From Sphingomonadales bacterium (GTDB lineage: Bacteria; Pseudomonadota; Alphaproteobacteria; Sphingomonadales; Sphingomonadaceae): a DNA stretch of 64,000 bases. Under the pieces are notes generated by a model that was not told the origin of the DNA, searched no databases, and saw only the letters and a program-made list of their open reading frames with translations. Each line of letters starts with the position of its first letter. The first letter of the stretch is position 1. Shown here piece by piece: positions 18,248-25,804 of this stretch. A program made the position numbers and the translations under genes. Location: assembly GCA_043740855.1 (NCBI GenBank), contig JAYUBN010000148.1, positions 7,366-71,365 on the forward strand. Direction: 5' to 3'.

Positions 18248-19582
18248 TTAGACCATCAGGCTCAGCAAATCGTCGATCCGCGCGGTGGCAAAGCCCACCG
18301 CGCTGTCCGAGATGCCATAGGGGATGAGCAATTGTTCGCCCACCTGCAGCACGCCGCAAGTATAGACGACGTTGGGCACATAGCCTGACCGATCGGCATC
18401 TTCGGCAGTCAACACCGGCTCTCGCGTGCGGCCGATCAATTTGGAGGGATCCTTGGCATCGAGCAGGGCGCAACCCAGTGCATATTTACGCATCGCGCCG
18501 ACGCCGTGCGTGAACAGCAGCCAGCCGGCATCGGTCAGGATCGGGCTGCCGCAATTACCGATCTGGATGAACTCCCACGGATATTTCGGCTCCATCAGCA
18601 GCACGCCGTCATCGTCCCAACAATTCAAGCGGTCCGACCGCAACAGATAGAGATTCTTGCCATCCTGCCTGCCAACCATGACATAATTTCCGTCGATCTT
18701 CTGCGGAAACAGCGCCATGCCCTTGTTACGCGTAGCCCGACCGTCGATCGGCTCCAGCACAAAACTGCGAAAGTCATGCGTTCGCATCAATTCCGACCGG
18801 ATCGAACTGCCCGAATAGGCGGTGTAGGTGCCAATCCATTCAAAGCTGCCGTCGTCATTTTTAAATCGCACCATGCGCAAGTCTTCCAGGCCATTGCGCT
18901 GTTGCTCGGTGACCGGAAAAATTACCGTGTTCGACAAGCTGCTTTCGGGATGCCGATACACCGTCACCGGGGCATTGCCGTCGGTCAGTGCCTCGATCTT
19001 GAGTTCCACCGCAGTGGCAAAATGGCTTTGCGGCCACAACTCGAACGAGCCATCGGCGTAAGCGATGCCTTCCCGGAACACGATCGAACTGATGTGGCCT
19101 TCGCCCACCGCGCGCAGGCTCATCACGAACCGTCGCGAACCCTCGATCATCCCTGACTGGTCGGGATGCGGCACGATCGACGGGTTCATCAGCGCCGCCG
19201 CAGCATAGGTATATTCGTGACAGAAAAAGGCCCCGATCAATCGCTTGCGCTCTGGGGAATAATTGCGCCCGGTTAAATGCAGCGAACCTTCAAGCATGGC
19301 ATAGCGGGCGTCGAACACCTGCTCGGTCTGCCAATGTCTTTCCTCAAAATCCTTCAGAACCCGTTTATATTCCCGGTGCGCTTCCCGTTCCGTCAGGCCA
19401 GCGATATCCTCGATCAGCTTTTCGGCCCGCCACGGTGTCGCGCTGGTCGATTTCCAGCCGAGATGAAATGGCCGGAGCACCACCCGCGACGGGTCGGCGT
19501 GCAACCGGGTTTCGAGAATTCGCAGCGGACTGGATTTCAACGTCAGGGAGGAAGCCAAATCATTCACCTTGGGCTGCTGCAT
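18248..19582 (-). CDS. Glycoside hydrolase family 130-like glycosidase/phosphorylase
   Basis: AALMNPSIVPHPDQ, SLRAVGEGHISS, GLEDLR, YTAYSG, NKGMALFP, QIGNCGSP, HGVG, GYVPNVVYTCG. Confidence 0.9.
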   Translation of the reverse strand: MQQPKVNDLASSLTLKSSPLRILETRLHADPSRVVLRPFHLGWKSTSATPWRAEKLIEDIAGLTEREAHREYKRVLKDFEERHWQTEQVFDARYAMLEGSLHLTGRNYSPERKRLIGAFFCHEYTYAAAALMNPSIVPHPDQSGMIEGSRRFVMSLRAVGEGHISSIVFREGIAYADGSFELWPQSHFATAVELKIEALTDGNAPVTVYRHPESSLSNTVIFPVTEQQRNGLEDLRMVRFKNDDGSFEWIGTYTAYSGSSIRSELMRTHDFRSFVLEPIDGRATRNKGMALFPQKIDGNYVMVGRQDGKNLYLLRSDRLNCWDDDGVLLMEPKYPWEFIQIGNCGSPILTDAGWLLFTHGVGAMRKYALGCALLDAKDPSKLIGRTREPVLTAEDADRSGYVPNVVYTCGVLQVGEQLLIPYGISDSAVGFATARIDDLLSLMV

Positions 19583-21905
19583 ATCTGTGCTTGCCGAGCA
19601 GTCCCATCAAATTGCCACGTGCCAGGTGGTATGCCAATATCGATTCCGCACCGCAATTTTCGTTGACGCCCCTCGGGGTCACACCGTCGCGGCAGCGCCC
19701 CGACGCCAGATCGACCAGCACCACGCCGCGATCATTGGCCCCAAAGAACCAGCGATACGCAGCCAGAGCATGGGCAACCCAGCGTTCGTCCCCTGTCAGC
19801 GCATAAGCCGCAGCGGCCGCATCGATAGCGGCCTGCGCCTCCAGCGGCTGCTGGTCGAACGGCAGTTGTCCGTAATGGTAACCGAATGTTCCGGATCCGA
19901 CAGGCCGGAAATAGCCCCCTGGCGCGGTCTGGCGATCGGCGATCCAGTGCAGACTATGCAAGCCCGCTGCGATCCACTCGGGGCGGCTGCGCAGCGTACC
20001 CGCTTCGATCAGGGCTTGCGAGAGACGCGGGTTGTCATAACCCAGCTTCGCCTCGAACCAGCCCCAATCCGGGCGCTGCGCCACTTCCAGCAAGCAATGG
20101 AGCAGGGTGCCGCCGCGATCGAGCAAGCGTATCGCCTCAGCATCGGCCCCGCCCGCAGGCTCGCCCCTGGCGCGGATCACCGCGCAAGCGCCCAGCATTC
20201 CGAACGCTACGGCCCGGGGCGAGTCGATAGCTGCGAAGCCGGGCAGCGCTTCGCCGAACCAGCGCCGGGCCCAGCCACGCAGATCGGCGTCGGCGGCGCG
20301 CTCGACGGTATGGCCCAGCGACCAGAGCGTGCGACCATTGGAATCTTCCGATCCCGCGTCCTCGCACCATGTCCGATCGAAGCGCATGAAATTGCGAAAG
20401 CATTTGCGATCTTCGTTCCAGGCGTGCTGGATGAAGCTGGCATAGATGACGCTCCATTTCATCCGCTCTGCCGCGCTCAATCCCGACGCCGCATTCATCA
20501 GCATCAGCGCCCGGACGTTATCGTCGAGGCAATAGCCGTGGCGCCGATCGGGAACGATGCCGATCGCATGTTGCATCATGCCGGTGGCATCGCTCATTGC
20601 AAAAACGGCTGCCAGGCCGGGCGTCGCCGTAATCGGCACGTCGAACCGCTGCCGACGCACCGCACGGCCGATCAGCGCGGCGCTGGCGGCGGCAAATTGC
20701 GGCCATGTCGTCGCGCGGCCACGAGCATAGGCACGGCGCATGATCGAAGCCAGCCGATCGGGGTCGTCGAGCAAGTGAATGATCGCCTCGGCGATCGCGA
20801 CGGTGGAGTTGGGTTCGACCAGCACCCCGACCCCGTCGGCGAGCAATTCGCGCGCATGGACAAAAGGCGTGGATACCACCGCCTTGCCCAGCGCCACGGC
20901 ATAGCTGAGCGTCCCCGAGGTGGCCTGTTGAAGGTTAAGATAGGGGGTAACATAGATGTCGCAGGCTTCAAGCTGATCGAGCAGGTCGCAGGTTTCGAGA
21001 AAGCGGTCGTCCCATTGGATATGCCCCTCGACGCCCAGCTCCCGCGCCTTGGCCATTAGCGTTTGGCGATAGGTTTCGCCCTGTTCCTCGACCAATTTGG
21101 GATGAGTCGCACCGACGATCCGATAGACTGTGCCGGGATGGCGCGCGACGATCGCCGGCATCGCCTCGATCATGTGTTCGAGCCCCTTGCCGGGGCCCAG
21201 CAGCCCAAAGGTCATAAGCACGTGGCGATCCTCAAGGCCCAGCACACGCTTGAATTTGGCTTCGCGACCAAACGGCCGATCGGGCGCACCATGCGCAATG
21301 ACTTCGACTGTATCGGGCGATGCATCGTAGGTGTCCACGAGCAGGCCCCTGCCATATTCCGACATCACCATGATCCGCGATGCGCGAACGATCAGGTGGC
21401 GCATGATGCGGGCCTGGCGCGCCGACGGTGCACTCAGCACGGTGTGAAAGGTAACGATCAACGGGGCCGCCAGATGATCGACGAAATTGCACACCATTTC
21501 GCCATCGGGGCCACCATAGATACCGAATTCGTGCTGCAACCAGACCGCATCGACATTGTCTTTATCGATCAAACGGGCAGCATGGATGTAGGACTCGGGC
21601 TGCGATGAAGCGATAATACTGCGGACATTCGCATAGGCCAGCGGCTTGCGGCCATCGTCAAGCGCGTAAACCTCCAGTTCGATTTCGGGATGGTAAGCGC
21701 CAAGTTGCGCGAACACGTCGCTGGTAAAGGTAGCAATCCCGCATTGGCGCGGGGCAAAGGTGCCGATCAATGCGACACGCCTGACGGTGCCGCCCCTGCC
21801 GTGCGGCGCTCGCGAGAGATGAAGCTGAACGATTTCACCGCCCGGTGGCATGTCGGCAGTGATGGCAGAGCTCAGATGCTCGGCTTCAGGATCCTGGAAT
21901 GTCAT
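19560..21905 (-). CDS. GT4-family glycosyltransferase with long C-terminal (probable alpha/alpha barrel) domain
   Basis: PRQCGIATF, QHEFGIYGG, FGLLGPGKGLE, TSGTLSYA, STPFVHARELL; C-domain HGYCLDDNVRAL, EDSNGR, YDNPRL, FDQQPLEA, NCGAES; ATG 21905 lies just downstream of an EcfG promoter. Confidence 0.9.
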   Translation of the reverse strand: MTFQDPEAEHLSSAITADMPPGGEIVQLHLSRAPHGRGGTVRRVALIGTFAPRQCGIATFTSDVFAQLGAYHPEIELEVYALDDGRKPLAYANVRSIIASSQPESYIHAARLIDKDNVDAVWLQHEFGIYGGPDGEMVCNFVDHLAAPLIVTFHTVLSAPSARQARIMRHLIVRASRIMVMSEYGRGLLVDTYDASPDTVEVIAHGAPDRPFGREAKFKRVLGLEDRHVLMTFGLLGPGKGLEHMIEAMPAIVARHPGTVYRIVGATHPKLVEEQGETYRQTLMAKARELGVEGHIQWDDRFLETCDLLDQLEACDIYVTPYLNLQQATSGTLSYAVALGKAVVSTPFVHARELLADGVGVLVEPNSTVAIAEAIIHLLDDPDRLASIMRRAYARGRATTWPQFAAASAALIGRAVRRQRFDVPITATPGLAAVFAMSDATGMMQHAIGIVPDRRHGYCLDDNVRALMLMNAASGLSAAERMKWSVIYASFIQHAWNEDRKCFRNFMRFDRTWCEDAGSEDSNGRTLWSLGHTVERAADADLRGWARRWFGEALPGFAAIDSPRAVAFGMLGACAVIRARGEPAGGADAEAIRLLDRGGTLLHCLLEVAQRPDWGWFEAKLGYDNPRLSQALIEAGTLRSRPEWIAAGLHSLHWIADRQTAPGGYFRPVGSGTFGYHYGQLPFDQQPLEAQAAIDAAAAAYALTGDERWVAHALAAYRWFFGANDRGVVLVDLASGRCRDGVTPRGVNENCGAESILAYHLARGNLMGLLGKHRYAAAQGE

Positions 21906-21940
21906 CGGAAGTGACCTCGATGGAGCAAGTCTGGCCAATG

Positions 21941-21966
21941 AACGGTTTGGCTGCTCAACTGGTTCC
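21941..21966 (-). promoter_or_regulatory. EcfG-type promoter
   Basis: GGAAC-N17-CGTT, 35 bp upstream of GT4 ATG. Confidence 0.8.
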
Positions 21967-22086
21967 CTTGCAATGCAGCACGGATCGGTTGAAATCGCCC
22001 AAGACGGCCGAAAGTGAGCGATGCCGGCGAGCGCGACAGGCCGAGAAACAAAACAGCAGCGACCGGTGCGGGACGCCCGACAGCGT

Positions 22087-22111
22087 GGAACCATGCCTCT
22101 GCGGGGGTGTT
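22087..22111 (+). promoter_or_regulatory. EcfG-type promoter
   Basis: GGAAC-N16-TGTT upstream of csbD. Confidence 0.7.
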
Positions 22112-22163
22112 TGTAAAATGAAGGTTTAGCCTTCGACGACCAGCTTACCCGAGGAGACAAGGC

Positions 22164-22340
22164 ATGAATTCGACCACTGACCGCGTCAAAGGCGCGGCTA
22201 ATTCTGCTGTTGGCAAGGTTAAGGAAGCAATTGGCAAAGAAACCGGCGACCCCGGCTTGGCCGCCAAGGGTGCCGCCCAGGATACCAAAGGTAAAACCCA
22301 GACAATCATCGGCAAAGGCAAGGCCGCAATCGGCCATTGA
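22164..22340 (+). CDS. csbD: CsbD-family stress protein (58 aa, absent from ORF track)
   Basis: MNSTTDRVKGAANSAVGKVKEAIGKETGDPGLAAKGAAQDTKGKTQTIIGKGKAAIGH; GAGGAG RBS. Confidence 0.9.
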   Translation: MNSTTDRVKGAANSAVGKVKEAIGKETGDPGLAAKGAAQDTKGKTQTIIGKGKAAIGH

Positions 22341-22358
22341 ACTTGGCTGTAGTCCATT

Positions 22359-22397
22359 GGGGGGGGTCGCCGGCAATGGCGGACCCCCTTAGTTTTT
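22359..22397 (+). terminator. Probable intrinsic terminator after csbD
   Basis: gggggtcgcc-ggcaat-ggcggaccccc then ttagttttt. Confidence 0.65.
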
Positions 22398-22467
22398 ACG
22401 GCAGGTCATCATCCCGATTTATCATTGATCGCCGCAGCAATTGCGCAATTTCGCAAGCGGTTGGATC

Positions 22468-22656
22468 TCAATGAATGTCCTTGGGCGGCTTTCCCAATTT
22501 ATTGAGTAGTGCGTGGAAGTCGGCGGGCAGACTCTCCTGCGTCACGGCATCGTAAATTGCCCTGATCCCCTCACCCCAGGCAGGTTTATCCTGCGACGGT
22601 CGGTCGGGACGATATGACGCATCCCTTTGCCGTCGGAAATCTGGCGTATTGGACAT
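22468..22656 (-). CDS. nepR: NepR-family anti-sigma factor (copy 2)
   Basis: WGEGIRAIYDAVTQESLPADFHALLNKLG, canonical NepR core. Confidence 0.85.
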   Translation of the reverse strand: MSNTPDFRRQRDASYRPDRPSQDKPAWGEGIRAIYDAVTQESLPADFHALLNKLGKPPKDIH

Positions 22657-22950
22657 CCCGAAAAATTCCCTGAGCGTTGGAAGTTTGATCCAGCGTGGAC
22701 TTGTCTAAGCGCCTGATCCAAAAATTTATACATTATAACAGCATTTTACAGTCGCCCGCCCGGGAATACGAACGTTGATCGCGATAACGCATCTGTGCTG
22801 TTTAGCGCCATAATATCGGCCGGCTTTCATACATTCCTCATATCTGCCTGATAACCACGATAATTCCATCAAGCTGATTTAAATAGATAATTTTGCAATC
22901 TGTCTCTGAGACTGGCCCAATAAATCGCGTTAGTCACCCTGTCCCACAAC

Positions 22951-22975
22951 TACGGCGCCGGGGTGCATTTGTTCC
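22951..22975 (-). promoter_or_regulatory. EcfG-type promoter facing nepR copy 2
   Basis: GGAAC-N16-CGTA. Confidence 0.6.
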
Positions 22976-23028
22976 ACCTTGGTCGACAAAAGAACACGGT
23001 CTTGGTGCCTGCCTCCAGCCAATCTTCG

Positions 23029-23053
23029 GGAACTGGTCCCGTTATTGACCGTT
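23029..23053 (+). promoter_or_regulatory. EcfG-type promoter (autoregulatory)
   Basis: GGAAC-N16-CGTT, 34 bp upstream of ecfG ATG. Confidence 0.8.
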
Positions 23054-23087
23054 GATCGTTTAGAGCTTCAAACGCCGAGGAAAATTT

Positions 23088-23774
23088 ATGACAACGCCTC
23101 CTGTCAGCGGACGCATGGCCGTTAACAAACCTGCGAAAGCCGCAAGAGAAATTGGCTTGAGCGCAACTGGCAAACCTCTTTCCGATGCAGAGTTTCACAA
23201 CGAATTGACGGGTGTAAGCCGGCATTTGCGAGCCTTTGCCCGCTCGCTGTGCGGCTGCCGCGACCGCGCCGACGATCTTGCCCAGGAAACTTTGTTGAAG
23301 GCCTGGGCAGCGCGTGATCGTTATGTGGCAGGCACCAGCTTTCGGGCGTGGACCTTCACCATCTTGCGTAATCATTATTTCGGGCAGTTGCGGCACGAAC
23401 GGTTCACCGGCGCCTATGACGAAGCCGTTGCCGAACGTGTGCTGCAAACCCGAGGCAATCAGGAAAGCATGGTTGAAGCTACTGACGTCCTGCGCGCTCT
23501 GGCAACGCTGCCGGACGCCCAGCGCGAGGTATTGATCCTGGTTGCTATCGGCAATGTCGGTTATCAAGAGATCGCCCAGATCTGCGGGATCGCGCTCGGG
23601 ACGGTCAAAAGCCGGATCTCGCGTGCCCGCGCGATGCTGGCGGCGGTGATGGAAAGCGGCTTGCTTCCAGACTTCCGTCATAATTTCACGCTGGAGGGCG
23701 ATGTCATCGATGCCTTCTTCGCGCAATTGCACCAAGTCGTGCTTCAGGAAGAGCAGAAGCGCCTGGCAGCCTGA
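23088..23774 (+). CDS. ecfG: ECF sigma factor, EcfG/SigT group
   Basis: HLRAFARSLCG, ADDLAQETLLKAW, GTSFRAWTFTILRN, YQEIAQICG, GTVKSRISRAR; context with phyR and nepR. Confidence 0.92.
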   Translation: MTTPPVSGRMAVNKPAKAAREIGLSATGKPLSDAEFHNELTGVSRHLRAFARSLCGCRDRADDLAQETLLKAWAARDRYVAGTSFRAWTFTILRNHYFGQLRHERFTGAYDEAVAERVLQTRGNQESMVEATDVLRALATLPDAQREVLILVAIGNVGYQEIAQICGIALGTVKSRISRARAMLAAVMESGLLPDFRHNFTLEGDVIDAFFAQLHQVVLQEEQKRLAA

Positions 23775-24048
23775 TCAAGGCGCCGAAAAATTGCCGATGA
23801 ATCAATTGTAACATTCGTTTGGCGCGTGGCGCATTGGCATCTGCTAATATCGCAATGGATGGCTCTGGCCACCCGGGCCGAAAGTTTGCTTCCGAAACCT
23901 CTGTCATACTCAACTCGTCTGACGGGCAAGCCGCCGCTGCGTTTCAGCAGCTATTGCGCCTCCGCATCTGACGGTTTGCAGAGCGCGGTACGGCACGATA
24001 GCATTGCCTCGTCCGCTGGCAAAATCATGCACTGCGCGACAAAGGCAA

Positions 24049-24080
24049 GGGGGCCGGATTGCTCCGACCCCCCTGATTTT
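24049..24080. terminator. Stem-loop terminator downstream of ompA
   Basis: gggggccgga-ttgc-tccgaccccc between convergent ecfG and ompA. Confidence 0.6.
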
Positions 24081-24107
24081 TGGACTAATTGTCCGATTGA
24101 GTAAGCG

Positions 24108-25238
24108 TTAGCTGCCGGAACCGGGACCGTACGTGATCTCCACGCGGCGGTTCTGCACTTCGCGCACACCGTCGGCGGTGGGCACGCGTGGGTTCATTTT
24201 GCCGAAGGCCTGGCTCGAAATGGTCGAGTCAGCGATACCATGGGCCGTCAGATAGCCACGGGCCGCAGCGTTACGCCGTGCCGACAGTCCCAGATTATAC
24301 TTCTGAGTGCCCGACAAGTCGGTGTAACCGGCCAGCATGATCGGCACCGAGCCGCAATTGCCATAGGCCTGGATCGCGCTGTCCAGGATCGAGTTCGCCT
24401 CAGGGGTAAGGTCAGACTTATCCCAGTCGAAAAACACGATAAACGGACCCTTGTTGCACACAGCGACCGGCAGCGGAGGCGGCGGCGGTGGCGGTGGCGG
24501 TGGGGGCGGCGGCGGCGGTGGTGGTGGTGGTGGAGCAGCCTCCGGCTTGGGCGATCCGAAGTGATACGTCAGCGTGCCCATCACGGAGTGGGAACGCAGC
24601 TTCACGTATTCTCTTGTTCCGTCGCTGAAGTGAAAACGATCGGCATCCGGGTGGAAATAACGATACCTCAAACCGACGCTGACATGCGTACCGACCGGCA
24701 TATCGACGCCGCCGATCAACTGCCAGGCAAACCGGCTGTCCTGGCCATTGATATCTCCCGTCGGAAACACATGGATTTTTTGGTGCGTCTTGGCCCAGCC
24801 AACGCCGCCGCCAGCGTAGAACTGCAGCCCGTGCGAAGGTCCGAATTCGGCCAGAGCATTGCCCATCACCGCAAACGTAGCTTGACGGCCATAAAGACCT
24901 TCACCCTGTTTTATCGTGCCGGTGGGCGTGTACAGCCGGCTGGCGTGGATCCGCTCGTAATTGACATCGCCTTCAATCTTGAAATGCCCGAAATCATAAC
25001 CGAGCTGGCCACCGGCATCCCAACCGAGCTTGTTATGAAGTGTGTCACCTGGGGCAACGCCAGGCAGGCCGGCCGCAGCGCCAGCGGCCATAGCATCGCT
25101 TATGCTGCCAGTAATGTGCTGGTTGTTGGTGATCACGCCACCGCCATTGATAGAAACATAAGGCCCGGGCTCCCCGGCGTACGCCGTCGTGCCCAGCGCT
25201 GTGGAGGCCAGCGCCAAAACCATAACCATTCTTTTCAT
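24108..25238 (-). CDS. OmpA-family outer membrane protein
   Basis: Signal MKRMVMVLALASTALGTTAYA, beta-barrel, 20-Pro linker, C-domain FFDWDKS, GYTDLSG, YNLGLSARR, QNRRVEI. Confidence 0.93.
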   Translation of the reverse strand: MKRMVMVLALASTALGTTAYAGEPGPYVSINGGGVITNNQHITGSISDAMAAGAAAGLPGVAPGDTLHNKLGWDAGGQLGYDFGHFKIEGDVNYERIHASRLYTPTGTIKQGEGLYGRQATFAVMGNALAEFGPSHGLQFYAGGGVGWAKTHQKIHVFPTGDINGQDSRFAWQLIGGVDMPVGTHVSVGLRYRYFHPDADRFHFSDGTREYVKLRSHSVMGTLTYHFGSPKPEAAPPPPPPPPPPPPPPPPPPPPLPVAVCNKGPFIVFFDWDKSDLTPEANSILDSAIQAYGNCGSVPIMLAGYTDLSGTQKYNLGLSARRNAAARGYLTAHGIADSTISSQAFGKMNPRVPTADGVREVQNRRVEITYGPGSGS

Positions 25239-25804
25239 GCTCGTTCCCTTCTTGTGCAAAATCCTGAGACGCAGCCCGGAGACCGCATTTTCAGATTTCA
25301 GGGACCAAAATGAATGGGTGCGCACTTTGTTGCATCGCGGTGCAATTCCCAAGAAATTTGTGGGGAACTGAGGCAAAGATGCAACACTCATCAGCCCGTA
25401 TGTTGCTCGGAAGAAAGCAATTTGCCCAAAGGCAAGCCAGGATCGGGTGTTGCTGCGGATGGAGCAAAGCCAAACCCCAAAGCCAAAGCCCCAAAGCTGA
25501 GGCGATGGCAAGCCACCAAGCATTTTAGCGACGTCGATGTTGGCCTGAATACGTCACCGCTAAAGATTTTGATTGCGATCTCAGCCGGTGACAGAACTGA
25601 AGAAGTCCAATTTTTGTGATATTTCGTCTAAATCGAAGATTTAGTCAAAATTTCGCATCGCTGCGAAGCTCGCATATCATGAATGTTTAAACTTTTTTCT
25701 CAACCTGAGTTTCGGGTCAGACACCCGGCGATCCCGTCAATAATTTTCCGTGGCGACGGTTTTTAGTATAATCTGACGTGGCGGCTAAAAAATGGGGACG
25801 GGTC

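Noticed and set aside
21906-22376. N-terminal 157 aa of the 938-aa GT4 ORF
   Set aside because: Overlaps csbD antisense and two promoter motifs; real start is more likely ATG 21905
24474-24533. 20-proline run in OmpA
   Set aside because: Pro-rich linkers are ordinary for alphaproteobacterial OmpA proteins; mixed codons, so not a slippage tract
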